A stretch of DNA of 64,000 nucleotides. It comes from Eledone cirrhosa (lineage: Eukaryota). The number at the start of each line of letters is the position of its first letter. Within the stretch, counting starts at the first letter, position 1. The notes under the pieces were generated by a model, which was given only the letters and a program-made list of their open reading frames with translations, did not search any database and was not told where the DNA came from. The DNA lies in assembly GCA_964016885.1 (NCBI GenBank), contig OZ024759.1, positions 2,418,001 through 2,482,000 of the forward strand, in the 5' to 3' direction. Below, piece by piece: positions 40,101-55,100 of this stretch. The position numbers and the translations under genes were made by a program.

Positions 40101-43100
40101 ACCTCACTATTGAGGTAACAAAGAGGTTAGAGTTCTGTTTCACCCATGTTTCTCCCTCCTCACTATTGAGGTAACAAAGAGGTTTAAGTTCTGTTTCACC
40201 CATGTTTCTCCCTCCTCACTATTGAGGTAACAAAGAGGTTTAAGTTCTGTTTCACCCATGTTTCTCCCACCTCACTATTGAGGTAACAAAGAGGTTAGAG
40301 TTCTGTTTCACGCATGTTTCTCCCTCCTCAGTAGATGAGGTAACAAAGAGGTTAAAGTTCTGTTTCCCCGATGTTTCTACCTCCTCACTAATTGAGGTAA
40401 TAAAAGAGGTTAAAGTTCTGTTTCCCCCATGTTTCTACCTCCTCACTTGTTGAGGTAAAAAAGAGGTTAAAGTTCTGTTTCACCCATGTTTCTACCTCCT
40501 CATATTTGAGGTAACAAAGAGGTTAAAGTTCTGTTTCACCCATGTTTCTACCGCCTCACTAGTTGAGGTAACAAAGAGGTTAGAGTTCTGTTTCCCCCAT
40601 GTTTCTACCTCCTCACTATTTGAGGTAACAAAGAGGTTAAAGTTCTGTTTCACCCATGTTTCTCCCTCCTCATTAGTGAGGTAACAAAGAGGTTAAAATT
40701 CTGTTTCACCCATGTTTCTACCTCCTCAGTTATGAGGTAACAAAGAGGTTAAAATTCTGTTTCACCCATGTTTCTACCTCCTCACTAATTGAGGCAGCAA
40801 AGAGGTTAAAGTTCTGTTTCACCCATGTTTCTCCCCCCTTACTAGCTGAGGTAACAAAGAGGTTAAAGTTCTGTTTCACCCATGTTTCTCCCCCCTTACT
40901 AGTTGAGGTAACAAAGAAGTTAAAGTACTGTTTCACCCAAGTTTCTCCCTCCTTACTAGTTGAGGTAACAAAGAGGTTAAAATTCTGTTTCACCCATGTT
41001 TATCCCTCCTTACTAGTTGAGGTAACAAAGAGGTTTAAGTTCTGTTTCACCCATGTTTCTACCTCCTCACAATTTGAGGTAACAAAGAGGTTAAAGTACT
41101 GTTTCACCCATGTTTCTCCCTCCTTACTAGTTGAGGTAACAAAGAGGTTAAAATTCTGTTTCACCCATGTTTCTACCTCCTCACTATTTGAGGTAACAAA
41201 GAGGTTAAAGTTCTGTTTCACCCATCTTTCTACTTTCTCAATATTTGAGGTTAGAAAGAGGTTAAAGTTCTGTTTCACCCATGTTTCTACCTCCTGACAA
41301 CTGAGGCAACAAAGAGGTTAAAGTTCTGTTTCACCCATGTTTCTACCTCCTCATAGGTTGAGGTAACAAAGAGGTTAAAGTTCTGTTTCCCTCATGTTTC
41401 TACCTCCTCACTATTTGAGGTAACGAAGAGCTTAAAGTTCTGTTTCACCCATGTTTTTCCCTCCTCACTAGTTGAGGTAACAAAGAGGTTAAAGTTCTGT
41501 TTCACCCATGTTTCTCCCTCCTTACTAGTTGAGGTAACAAAGAGGTGAAAGTTCTGTTTCACCCATGTTTCTACCTCCTCACTAGTTGAGGTAACAAAGA
41601 GGTTAAAGTTCTGTTTCACCCATGTTTCTCCCTCCTCACTAGTTGAGGTAACAAAGAGGTTAAAGTTCTGTTTCACCCATGTTTCTACCTCCTCACAGGT
41701 TGAGGTAACAAAGAGGTTAAAGTTCTGTTTCCCCCATGTTTCTACCTCCTCACTATTTGAGGTAACAAATAGGTTAAAGTTCTGTTTCCCCCATGTTTCT
41801 CCCTCCTCACTAGTTGAGGTAACAAAGAGGTTAAAGTTCTGTTTCACCCATGTTTCTCTCTCCTCACTATTTGAGGTAACAAAGAGGTTAAAGTTCTGTT
41901 TCACCCATGTTTCTCCCTCCTCACTATTAGAGGTAACAAAGAGGTTAAAATTCTGTGTCACCCATGTTTCTACCTCCTCACTAGTTGAGGTAACAAAGAG
42001 GTTAAAGTTCTGTTTCCCCCATGTTTCTACCTCCTCACTAGTTGAGGTAACAAAGAGGTTAAAGTTCTGTTTCACCCATGTTTCTCCATCCTCACTAGTT
42101 GAGGTAACAAAGAGGTTAAAGTTCTATTTCACCCATGTTTCTCCTTCCTTACTATTTGAGGTAACAAAGAGGTTAAAGTTCTGTTTCACCCATGTTTCTC
42201 CCCCCTCACTAGTTGAGGTAACAAAAAGGTTAAAGTTCTGTTTCACCCATTTTACTACCTCCTCACTAGTTGAGGTAACAAAGAGGTTAGAGTTCTGTTT
42301 CACCCATGTTTCTACCTCCTCATAAGTTGAGGTAACAAAGAGGTTAAAGTTCTGTTTCCCCCATGTTTCTCCCTCCTCACTAGTTGAGGTAACAAAGAGG
42401 TTAAAGTTCTGTTTCACCCATGTTTCTCCCTCCATACTAGTTGAGGTAACAGAGAGGTTAAAGTTCTGTTTCACCCATGTTTCTCCCTCCTCACTATTTG
42501 AGGTAACAAAGAGGTTAAAGTTCTGTTTCACCCATGTTTCTCCCTCCTCAGTAGTTGAGGTAACAAAGAGGTTAAAGTTCTGTCTCACCCATGTTTCTCC
42601 CTCCTCACTAGTTGATGTAACAAAGAGGTTAAAGTTCTGTTTCACCCATGTTTCTACCTCCTCACTAGTTGAGGTAACAAGGAGGTTAAAATTCTGTTTC
42701 ACCCATGTTTCTCCCTCCTCACTATTGAGGTAACAAAGAGGTTAGTGTTCTGTTTCACCCATGTTTCTACCTCCTCACTATTTGAGGTAACAAAGAGGTT
42801 AAAGTTCTGTTTCACCCATGTTTCTCCCTCCTCACTAGTTGAGGTAACAAAGAGGTTAAAGTTCAGTTTCACACATGTTTCTCCCTCCTCAGTAGTTGAG
42901 GTAACAAAGACGTTAAAGTTCTGTTTCACTCATGTTTCTCCCCCCTCACTATTGAGGTAACAAAGACGTTAAAGTTCTGTTTCACTCATGTTTCTCCCCC
43001 CTCACTAGTTGAGGTAACAAAGAGGTTAAAGTTCTGTTTCACCCATGTTTCTCACTCCTCACTAGTTGAGGTAACAAAGACGTTAAAGTTCTGTTTCACT

Positions 43101-46100
43101 CATGTTTCTCCCCCCTCACTATTGAGGTAACAAAGAGGTTAAAGTTCTGTTTCACACATGTTTCTCCCTCCTTACTAGTTGAGGTAACAATGAGGTTAAA
43201 GTTCTGTTTCACCCATGTTTCTACCCCTTACTAGTTGAGGTAACAAAGAGGTTAAAGTTCTGTTTCACCCATGTTTCTACCTCCTCACTAGTTGAGGTAA
43301 CAAAGAGGTTAAAGTTCTGTTTCCCCCATGTTTCTCCCTCCTCATTATTTGAGGTAACAAATAGGTTAAAGTTCTGTTTCACCCATGTTTCTCCCCCCTA
43401 ACTAGTTGAGGTAACAAAGAGGTTAAAGTTCTGTTTCACCCATGTTTCTAAATCTCCTCACTAGTTGAGGTAACAAAGAGGTTTAAGTTCTGTTTCACCC
43501 ATGTTTCTCCCTCCTCACTAGTTGAAGTAACAAAGAGGTTAAAGTTCTGTTTCACCCATGTTTCTCCCTCCTCACTAGTTGAGGAAACAAAGAGGTTAAA
43601 GTTCTGTTTCATCCATGTTTCTCCCCCCTAACTAGTTGAGGTAACAAAGAGGTTAGAGTTCTGTTTCACCCATGTTTCTCGCCCCTCACTAGTTGAGGTA
43701 ACAAAGAGGTTAAAGTTCTGTTTCACCCATGTTTCTAAATCTCCTCACTAGTTGAGGTAACAAATAGGTTAAATATCTGTTTCACCCATGTTTCTCCCTC
43801 CTCACTAGTTGAGGTAACAAAGAGGTTAGAGTTCTGTTTCATGCATGTTTCTCCCTCCTCAGTAGTTGAGGTAACAAAGAGGTTAAAGTTCTGTTTCCCC
43901 CATGTTTCTACCTCCTCACTAGTTGAGGTAACAAAGAGGTTAAAGTTCTGTTTCACCCATGTTTCTACCTCCTCACTATTTGAGGTAACAAAGAGGTTAA
44001 AGTTCTGTTTCCCCATGTTTCTACCTCCTCACTAGTTGAGGTAACAAAGAGGTTAAAGTTCTGTTTCCCCCATGTTTCTACCTCCTCATAGTTGAGGTAA
44101 CAAAGAGGTTAAAGTTCTGTTTCACCCATGTTTCTACCTCCTCACTATTTGAGGTAACAAAGAGGTTAAAGTTCTGTTTCACCCATGTTTCTACCTCCTC
44201 AGTAGTTGAGGTAACAAAGAGGTTAGAGTTCTGTTTTACCCATTATTCTACCTCCTCACTATTTGAGGTAACAAAGAGGTTAAAGTTCTATTTCAGCCAT
44301 GTTTCTCCCGCCTCACTAGTTGAGGTAACAAAGACGTTAAAGTTCTGTTTCACCCATGTTTCTCCCTACTCAGTTGTTGATGTAACAAAGAGGTTAAAGT
44401 TCTGTTTCCGCCATGTTTCTCCCTCCTCACTAGTTGAGGTAACAAAGAGGTTAGTGTTCTGTTTCACCCATGTTTCTACCTCCTCACTATTTGAGGTAAC
44501 AAAGAGGTTAAAGTTCTGTTTCACCCATGTTTCTCCCTCCTCACTAGTTGAGGTAACAAAGAGGTTAAAGTTCTGTTTCACCCATGTTTCTCCCCCCTCA
44601 CTAGTTGAGGTAACAAAGGGGTTAAAGTTCTGTTTCACCCATGTTCCCCCTCCTCACTAGTTGAGGTAACAAAGAGGTTAAAGTTCTGTTTCACCCATGT
44701 TTCTCCCCCCTCACTAGTTGAGGTAACAAAGAGGTTAAAGTTCTGTTTCACCCATGTTTCTCCCTCCTCACTATTGAGGTAACAAAGAGGTTAGAGTTCT
44801 GTGTCACCCATGTTTCTACCTCCTCAGTAGTTGAGGTAACAAAGAGGTTAAAGTTCTGTTTCCCCCATGTTTCTACGTCCTCACTAGTTGAGGTAACAAA
44901 GAGGTTAAAGTTCTGTTTCCCCCATGTTTCTACGTCCTCACTATTTGAGGTAACAAAGAGGTTAAAGTTCTGTTTCCCCCATGGTTCTACCTCCTCATAA
45001 ATGAGGTAACAAAGAGGTTAAAGTTCTGTTTCACCCATGTTTCTCCCTCCTCACTAGTTGAGGTAACAAAGAGGTTAAAGTTCTGTTTCACCCATGATCT
45101 CCCTCCTCACTATTTGAGGTAACAAAGAGGTTAAAGTTCTGTTTCACCCATGTTTCTCCCTCCTCACTATTAGAGGTAACAAAGAGGGTAAAGTTCTGTT
45201 TCACTCATGATTCTACCTCCTCACTAGTTGAGGTAACAAAGAGGTTAAAGTTCTATTTCACCCATGTTTCTCCCTCCTCACTAGTTGAGGTAACGAAGAG
45301 GTTAAAGTTCTGTTTCACCCATGTTTTTCCCTCCTCACTAGTTGAGGTAACAAAGAGGTTAAAGTTCTGTTTCACCCATGTTTCTCCCTCCTCATTAGTT
45401 GAGGTAACAAAGAGGTTAAAATTCTGTTTCACCCATGTTTATCCCCCCTTACTAGTTGAGGTAACAAAGAGGTTTAAGTTCTGTTTCACCCATGTTTCTA
45501 CCTCCTCACTATTTGAGGTAACAAAGAGGTTAAAGTACTGTTTCACCCATGTTTCTCCCTCCTTACTAGTTGAGGTAACAAAGAGGTTAAAGTACTGTTT
45601 CACCCATGTTTCTCCCTCCTTACTATTTGAGGTAACAAAGAGGTTAAAGTTCTGTTTCACACATGTTTCTCCCCCCTCAGTAGTTGAGGTAACAAAGCGG
45701 TTAAAGTTCTGTTTCACCCATGTTCCCCCTCCTCACTAGTTGAGGTAACAAAGAGGTTTAAGTTCTGTTTCACCCATGTTTCTCCCTCCTCACTATTGAG
45801 GTAACAAAGAGGTTAGAGTTCTGTTTCACGCATGTTTCTCCCTCCTCAGTAGTTGAGGTAACAAAGAGGTTTAAGTTCTGTTTCACCCATGTTTCTACCT
45901 CCTCACTATTGAGGTAACAAAGAGGTTAGAGTTCTGTTTCACGCATGTTTCTCCCTCCTCAGTAGTTGAGGTAACAAAGAGGTTAAAGTTCTGTTTCACC
46001 CATGTTTCTCCCACCTCACTATTGAGGTAACAAAGAGGTTAGAGTTCTGTTTCACGCATGTTTCTCCCTCCTCAGTAGTTGAGGTAACAAAGAGGTTTAA

Positions 46101-49100
46101 GTTCTGTTTCACCCATGTTTCTACCTCCTCACTATTGAGGTAACAAAGAGGTTAGAGTTCTGTTTCACGCATGTTTCTCCCTCCTCAGTAGTTGAGGTAA
46201 CAAAGAGGTTAAAGTTCTGTTTCACCCATGTTTCTCCCACCTCACTATTGAGGTAACAAAGAGGTTAGAGTTCTGTTTCACCCATGTTTCTCCCTCCTCA
46301 CTATTGAGGTAACAAAGAGGTTTAAGTTCTGTTTCACCCATGTTTCTCCCTCCTCACTATTGAGGTAACAAAGAGGTTTAAGTTCTGTTTCACCCATGTT
46401 TCTCCCACCTCACTATTGAGGTAACAAAGAGGTTTAAGTTCTGTTTCACCCATGTTTCTCCCACCTCACTATTGAGGTAACAAAGAGGTTAGAGTTCTGT
46501 TTCACCCATGTTTCTCCCTCCTCACTATTGAGGTAACAAAGAGGTTTAAGTTCTGTTTCACCCATGTTTCTCCCTCCTCACTATTGAGGTAACAAAGAGG
46601 TTTAAGTTCTGTTTCACCCATGTTTCTCCCACCTCACTATTGAGGTAACAAAGAGGTTAGAGTTCTGTTTCACGCATGTTTCTCCCTCCTCAGTAGATGA
46701 GGTAACAAAGAGGTTAAAGTTCTGTTTCCCCGATGTTTCTACCTCCTCACTAATTGAGGTAATAAAAGAGGTTAAAGTTCTGTTTCCCCCATGTTTCTAC
46801 CTCCTCACTTGTTGAGGTAAAAAAGAGGTTAAAGTTCTGTTTCACCCATGTTTCTACCTCCTCATATTTGAGGTAACAAAGAGGTTAAAGTTCTGTTTCA
46901 CCCATGTTTCTACCGCCTCACTAGTTGAGGTAACAAAGAGGTTAGAGTTCTGTTTCCCCCATGTTTCTACCTCCTCACTATTTGAGGTAACAAAGAGGTT
47001 AAAGTTCTGTTTCACCCATGTTTCTCCCTCCTCATTAGTGAGGTAACAAAGAGGTTAAAATTCTGTTTCACCCATGTTTCTACCTCCTCAGTTATGAGGT
47101 AACAAAGAGGTTAAAATTCTGTTTCACCCATGTTTCTACCTCCTCACTAATTGAGGCAGCAAAGAGGTTAAAGTTCTGTTTCACCCATGTTTCTCCCCCC
47201 TTACTAGCTGAGGTAACAAAGAGGTTAAAGTTCTGTTTCACCCATGTTTCTCCCCCCTTACTAGTTGAGGTAACAAAGAAGTTAAAGTACTGTTTCACCC
47301 AAGTTTCTCCCTCCTTACTAGTTGAGGTAACAAAGAGGTTAAAATTCTGTTTCACCCATGTTTATCCCTCCTTACTAGTTGAGGTAACAAAGAGGTTTAA
47401 GTTCTGTTTCACCCATGTTTCTACCTCCTCACAATTTGAGGTAACAAAGAGGTTAAAGTACTGTTTCACCCATGTTTCTCCCTCCTTACTAGTTGAGGTA
47501 ACAAAGAGGTTAAAATTCTGTTTCACCCATGTTTCTACCTCCTCACTATTTGAGGTAACAAAGAGGTTAAAGTTCTGTTTCACCCATCTTTCTACTTTCT
47601 CAATATTTGAGGTTAGAAAGAGGTTAAAGTTCTGTTTCACCCATGTTTCTACCTCCTGACAACTGAGGCAACAAAGAGGTTAAAGTTCTGTTTCACCCAT
47701 GTTTCTACCTCCTCATAGGTTGAGGTAACAAAGAGGTTAAAGTTCTGTTTCCCTCATGTTTCTACCTCCTCACTATTTGAGGTAACGAAGAGCTTAAAGT
47801 TCTGTTTCACCCATGTTTTTCCCTCCTCACTAGTTGAGGTAACAAAGAGGTTAAAGTTCTGTTTCACCCATGTTTCTCCCTCCTTACTAGTTGAGGTAAC
47901 AAAGAGGTGAAAGTTCTGTTTCACCCATGTTTCTACCTCCTCACTAGTTGAGGTAACAAAGAGGTTAAAGTTCTGTTTCACCCATGTTTCTCCCTCCTCA
48001 CTAGTTGAGGTAACAAAGAGGTTAAAGTTCTGTTTCACCCATGTTTCTACCTCCTCACAGGTTGAGGTAACAAAGAGGTTAAAGTTCTGTTTCCCCCATG
48101 TTTCTACCTCCTCACTATTTGAGGTAACAAATAGGTTAAAGTTCTGTTTCCCCCATGTTTCTCCCTCCTCACTAGTTGAGGTAACAAAGAGGTTAAAGTT
48201 CTGTTTCACCCATGTTTCTCTCTCCTCACTATTTGAGGTAACAAAGAGGTTAAAGTTCTGTTTCACCCATGTTTCTCCCTCCTCACTATTAGAGGTAACA
48301 AAGAGGTTAAAATTCTGTGTCACCCATGTTTCTACCTCCTCACTAGTTGAGGTAACAAAGAGGTTAAAGTTCTGTTTCCCCCATGTTTCTACCTCCTCAC
48401 TAGTTGAGGTAACAAAGAGGTTAAAGTTCTGTTTCACCCATGTTTCTCCATCCTCACTAGTTGAGGTAACAAAGAGGTTAAAGTTCTATTTCACCCATGT
48501 TTCTCCTTCCTTACTATTTGAGGTAACAAAGAGGTTAAAGTTCTGTTTCACCCATGTTTCTCCCCCCTCACTAGTTGAGGTAACAAAAAGGTTAAAGTTC
48601 TGTTTCACCCATTTTACTACCTCCTCACTAGTTGAGGTAACAAAGAGGTTAGAGTTCTGTTTCACCCATGTTTCTACCTCCTCATAAGTTGAGGTAACAA
48701 AGAGGTTAAAGTTCTGTTTCCCCCATGTTTCTCCCTCCTCACTAGTTGAGGTAACAAAGAGGTTAAAGTTCTGTTTCACCCATGTTTCTCCCTCCATACT
48801 AGTTGAGGTAACAGAGAGGTTAAAGTTCTGTTTCACCCATGTTTCTCCCTCCTCACTATTTGAGGTAACAAAGAGGTTAAAGTTCTGTTTCACCCATGTT
48901 TCTCCCTCCTCAGTAGTTGAGGTAACAAAGAGGTTAAAGTTCTGTCTCACCCATGTTTCTCCCTCCTCACTAGTTGATGTAACAAAGAGGTTAAAGTTCT
49001 GTTTCACCCATGTTTCTACCTCCTCACTAGTTGAGGTAACAAGGAGGTTAAAATTCTGTTTCACCCATGTTTCTCCCTCCTCACTATTGAGGTAACAAAG

Positions 49101-52100
49101 AGGTTAGTGTTCTGTTTCACCCATGTTTCTACCTCCTCACTATTTGAGGTAACAAAGAGGTTAAAGTTCTGTTTCACCCATGTTTCTCCCTCCTCACTAG
49201 TTGAGGTAACAAAGAGGTTAAAGTTCAGTTTCACACATGTTTCTCCCTCCTCAGTAGTTGAGGTAACAAAGACGTTAAAGTTCTGTTTCACTCATGTTTC
49301 TCCCCCCTCACTATTGAGGTAACAAAGACGTTAAAGTTCTGTTTCACTCATGTTTCTCCCCCCTCACTAGTTGAGGTAACAAAGAGGTTAAAGTTCTGTT
49401 TCACCCATGTTTCTCACTCCTCACTAGTTGAGGTAACAAAGACGTTAAAGTTCTGTTTCACTCATGTTTCTCCCCCCTCACTATTGAGGTAACAAAGAGG
49501 TTAAAGTTCTGTTTCACACATGTTTCTCCCTCCTTACTAGTTGAGGTAACAATGAGGTTAAAGTTCTGTTTCACCCATGTTTCTACCCCTTACTAGTTGA
49601 GGTAACAAAGAGGTTAAAGTTCTGTTTCACCCATGTTTCTACCTCCTCACTAGTTGAGGTAACAAAGAGGTTAAAGTTCTGTTTCCCCCATGTTTCTCCC
49701 TCCTCATTATTTGAGGTAACAAATAGGTTAAAGTTCTGTTTCACCCATGTTTCTCCCCCCTAACTAGTTGAGGTAACAAAGAGGTTAAAGTTCTGTTTCA
49801 CCCATGTTTCTAAATCTCCTCACTAGTTGAGGTAACAAAGAGGTTTAAGTTCTGTTTCACCCATGTTTCTCCCTCCTCACTAGTTGAGGTAACAAAGAGG
49901 TTAAAGTTCTGTTTCACACATGTTTCTCCCTCCTCACTAGTTGAGGTAACAAAGAGGTTGAAGTTGTGTTTCACCCATGTTTCTACCTTCCTCACTATTT
50001 GAGGTAACAAAGAGGTTAAAGTTCTTTTTCACCCATGTTTCTCTCTCGTCACTAGTTGAGGTAACAAAGAGGTTAGAGTTCTGTTTCACCCATGTTGCTA
50101 CCTCCTCATTATTTGAGGTAACAAAAAGGTTAAAGTTCTGTTTCACCCATGTTTCTCTCTCCTCACTATTTGAGGTAACAAAGAGGTTAAAGTTCTGTTT
50201 CACCCATGTTTCTCCCTCCTCACTATTAGAGGTAACAAAGAGGTTAAAATTCTGTTTCACCCATGTTTCTACCTCCTCACTAGTTGAGGTAACAAAGAGG
50301 TTAAAGTTCTGTTTCCCCCATGTTTCTACCTCCTCACTAGTTGAGGTAACAAAGAGGTTAAAGTTCTGTTTCACCCATGTTTCTCCATCCTCACTAGTTG
50401 AGGTAACAAAGAGGTTAAAGTTCTATTTCACCCATGTTTCTCCTTCCTTACTATTTGAGGTAACAAAGAGGTTAAAGTTCTGTTTCACCCATGTTTCTCC
50501 CTCCTCACTATTTGAGGTAACAAAGAGGTTAAAGTTCTGTTTCACCCATGTTTCTCCCTCCTCAGTAGTTGAGGTAACAAAGAGGTTAAAGTTCTGTCTC
50601 ACCCATGTTTCTCCCTCCTCACTAGTTGATGTAACAAAGAGGTTAAAGTTCTGTTTCACCCATGTTTCTACCTCCTCACTAGTTGAGGTAACAAGGAGGT
50701 TAAAATTCTGTTTCACCCATGTTTCTCCCTCCTCACTATTGAGGTAACAAAGAGGTTAGTGTTCTGTTTCACCCATGTTTCTACCTCCTCACTATTTGAG
50801 GTAACAAAGAGGTTAAAGTTCTGTTTCACCCATGTTTCTCCCTCCTCACTAGTTGAGGTAACAAAGAGGTTAAAGTTCAGTTTCACACATGTTTCTCCCT
50901 CCTCAGTAGTTGAGGTAACAAAGACGTTAAAGTTCTGTTTCACTCATGTTTCTCCCCCCTCACTATTGAGGTAACAAAGACGTTAAAGTTCTGTTTCACT
51001 CATGTTTCTCCCCCCTCACTAGTTGAGGTAACAAAGAGGTTAAAGTTCTGTTTCACCCATGTTTCTCACTCCTCACTAGTTGAGGTAACAAAGACGTTAA
51101 AGTTCTGTTTCACTCATGTTTCTCCCCCCTCACTATTGAGGTAACAAAGAGGTTAAAGTTCTGTTTCACACATGTTTCTCCCTCCTTACTAGTTGAGGTA
51201 ACAATGAGGTTAAAGTTCTGTTTCACCCATGTTTCTACCCCTTACTAGTTGAGGTAACAAAGAGGTTAAAGTTCTGTTTCACCCATGTTTCTACCTCCTC
51301 ACTAGTTGAGGTAACAAAGAGGTTAAAGTTCTGTTTCCCCCATGTTTCTCCCTCCTCATTATTTGAGGTAACAAATAGGTTAAAGTTCTGTTTCACCCAT
51401 GTTTCTCCCCCCTAACTAGTTGAGGTAACAAAGAGGTTAAAGTTCTGTTTCACCCATGTTTCTAAATCTCCTCACTAGTTGAGGTAACAAAGAGGTTTAA
51501 GTTCTGTTTCACCCATGTTTCTCCCTCCTCACTAGTTGAGGTAACAAAGAGGTTAAAGTTCTGTTTCACACATGTTTCTCCCTCCTCACTAGTTGAGGTA
51601 ACAAAGAGGTTGAAGTTGTGTTTCACCCATGTTTCTACCTTCCTCACTATTTGAGGTAACAAAGAGGTTAAAGTTCTTTTTCACCCATGTTTCTCCCTCC
51701 TCACTAGTTGAGGTAACAAAGAGGTTAAAGTTCTGTTTCACCCATGTTTCTCCCTCGTCACTAGTTGAGGTAACAAAGAGGTTAGAGTTCTGTTTCACCC
51801 ATGTTGCTACCTCCTCACTATTTGAGGTAACAAAAAGGTTAAAGTTCTGTTTCACCCATGTTTCTCTCTCCTCACTATTTGAGGTAACAAAGAGGTTAAA
51901 GTTCTGTTTCACCCATGTTTCTCCCTCCTCACTATTAGAGGTAACAAAGAGGTTAAAATTCTGTTTCACCCATGTTTCTACCTCCTCACTAGTTGAGGTA
52001 ACAAAGAGGTTAAAGTTCTGTTTCCCCCATGTTTCTACCTCCTCACTAGTTGAGGTAACAAAGAGGTTAAAGTTCTGTTTCACCCATGTTTCTCCATCCT

Positions 52101-55100
52101 CACTAGTTGAGGTAACAAAGAGGTTAAAGTTCTATTTCACCCATGTTTCTCCTTCCTTACTATTTGAGGTAACAAAGAGGTTAAAGTTCTGTTTCACCCA
52201 TGTTTCTCCCCCCTCACTAGTTGAGGTAACAAAAAGGTTAAAGTTCTGTTTCACCCATTTTACTACCTCCTCACTAGTTGAGGTAACAAAGAGGTTAAAG
52301 TTCTGTTTCACCCATGTTTCTACCTCCTCATAAGTTGAGGTAACAAAGAGGTTAAAGTTCTGTTTCACCCATGTTCCTCCTCCTAACTAGTTGAGGTAAC
52401 AAAGAGGTTAAAGTTCTGTTTCACCCATGTTTCTCTCTCATCATTAGTTGAGGTAACAAAGAGGTTAAAGTTCTGTTTCACCCATGTTTCTCCCTCCTCA
52501 CTAGTTGAGGTAACAAAGAGGTTAAATTTCTGTTTCACACATGTTTCTCCCTCCTCACTAGTTGAGGTAACAAAGAGGTTAAAGTTCTGTTTCACACATG
52601 TTTCTCCCTCCTCACTAGTTGAGGTAACAAAGTGGTTAAAGTTCTGTTTCACCCATGTTTCTCCCTCCTCACTAGTTGAGGTAACAAAGAGGTTAAAGTT
52701 CTGTTTCACACATGTTTCTCCATCCTCACTAGTTGAGGTAACAAAGAGGTTAAAGTTCTATTTCACCCATGTTTCTACCTCCTCACTAGTTGAGGTAACA
52801 AAGACGTTAAAGTTCTGTTTCACTCATGTTTCTCCCCCCTCACTATTGAGGTAACAAGAGGTTAAAGTTCTGTTTCACACATGTTTCTCCATCCTTACTA
52901 GTTGAGGTAACAATGAGGTTAAAGTTCTGGTTCACCCATGTTTCTACCCCTTACTAGTTGAGGTAACAAAGAGGTTAAAGTTCTGTTTCACCCATGTTTC
53001 TACCTCCTCACTAGTTGAGGTAACAAAGAGGTTAAAGTTCTGTTTCCCCCATGTTTCTCCCTCCTCACTATTTGAGGTAACAAATAGGTTAAAGTTCTGT
53101 TTCAGCCATGTTTCTCCCCCCTCACTAGTTTAGGTAACAAAGAGGTTAAAGTTCTGTTTCACCCATATTTCTCCCTCCTCACTAGTTGAGGTAACAAATA
53201 GGTTGAAGTTCTGTTTCACCCATGTTTCTACTTTCCTCACTATTTGAGGTAACAAAGAGGTTAAAGTTCTGTTTGACCCATGTTTCTCCCTCCTCACTAG
53301 TTGAGGTAACAAAGAAGTTAAAGTTCTGTTTCACTCATGTTTCTCCCTCCTCACTAGTTGAGGTAACAAAGAGGTTAAAGTTCTGTTTCACCCATGTTTC
53401 TCCCTCCTCACTAGTTGAGGTAACAAAGACGTCAAAGTTCTGTTTCACCCATGTTTCTCCTTCCTTACCATTTGAGGTAACAAAGAGGTTAAAGTTCTAT
53501 TTCACCCATGTTCTCCCTCCTCACTAGTTGAGGTAACAAAGAGGTTACAGTTCTGTTTCACCCATGTTTCTACCTCCTCACTATTTGAGGTAACAAAAAG
53601 GTTAAAGTTCTGTTTCACCCATGTTTCTCTCTCCTCACTATTTGAGGTAACAAAGAGGTTAAAGTTCTGTTTCACCCATGTTTCTCCCTCCTCACTATTA
53701 GAGGTAAAAAAGAGGTTAAAGTTCTGTTTTACCCATGTTTCTACCTCCTCACTAGTTGAGGTAACAAAGAGGTTAAAGTTCTGTTTCACTCATGTTTCTA
53801 CCTCCTCACCGGTTGAGGTAACAAAGAGGTTAAAGTTCTGTTTCACCCATGTTTCTACCTCCTCACTATTTGAGGTAACAAAGAAGTTAAAGTTCTGTTT
53901 CACCCATGTTTCTCCCTCCTCACTAGTTGAGGTAACAAAGAGGTTAAAGTTCTGTTTCACCCATGTTTCTCCCTCCTCACTAGTTGAGGTAACAAAGAGG
54001 TCAAAATTCTGTTTCACCCATGTTTCTCCTTCCTTACCATTTGAGGTAACAAAGAGGTTAAAGTTCTGTTTCACCCATGTTCTCCCTCCTCACTAGTTGA
54101 GGTAACAAAGAGGTTACAGTTCTGTTTCACCCATGTTTCTACCTCCTCACTAGTTGAGGTAACAAAGAGGTTAAAGTTCTGTTTCACCCATGTTTCTTCC
54201 TCCTCACTAGTTGAGGTAACAAAGAGGTTAAAGTTCTGTTTCACACATGTTTCTCCCTCCTCACTAGTTGAGGTAACAAAGAGGTTAAAGTTCTGTTTCA
54301 CCCATGTTTCTACCTCCTCACTAGTTGAGGTAACAAAGAGGTTAAAGTTCTGTTTCACCCATGTTTCTCACTCCTTACTAGTTGAGGTAACAATGAGGTT
54401 AAAGTTCTGTTTCACCCATGTTTCTACCCCTTACTAATGAGGTAACAAAGAGCTTAAAGTTCTGTTTCACCCATGTTTCTACCTCCTCACTTGTTGAGGT
54501 AACAAATAGGTTAAAGTTCTGTTTCAGCCATGTTTCTCCCCTCCTCACTAGTTGAGGTAACAAAGAGGTTGAAGTTCTGTTTCACCCATGTTTCTACCTC
54601 CTCACTAGTTGAGGTAACAATGAGGTTAAAGTTCTGTTTCACCCATGTTTCTCCCTCCTCACTATTGAGGTAACAAAGAGGTTAAAGTTCTGTTTCACAC
54701 ATGTTCTCCCTCCTTACTAGTTGAGGTAAAAATGAGGTTAAAGTTCTGTTTCACCCATGTTTCTACCCCTTACTAGTTGATGTAACAAAGAGGATAAAGT
54801 TCTGTTTCACCCATGTTTCTACCTCCTCACTAGTTGAGGTAACAAAGAGGTTAAAGTTCTGTTTCCCCCATGTTTCTCCCTCCTCACTATTTGAGGTAAC
54901 AAGTAGGTTAAAGTTCTGTTTCAGCCATGTTTCTCCCCCCTCACTAGTTTAGGTAACAAAGAGGTTAAAGTTCTGTTTCACCCATGTTTCTCCCTCCTCA
55001 CTAGTTGAGGTAACAAAGAGGTTGAAGTTCTGTTTCACCCATGTTTCTACCTTCCTCACTATTTGAGGTAACAAAGAGGTTAAAGTTCTGTTTCACCCAT

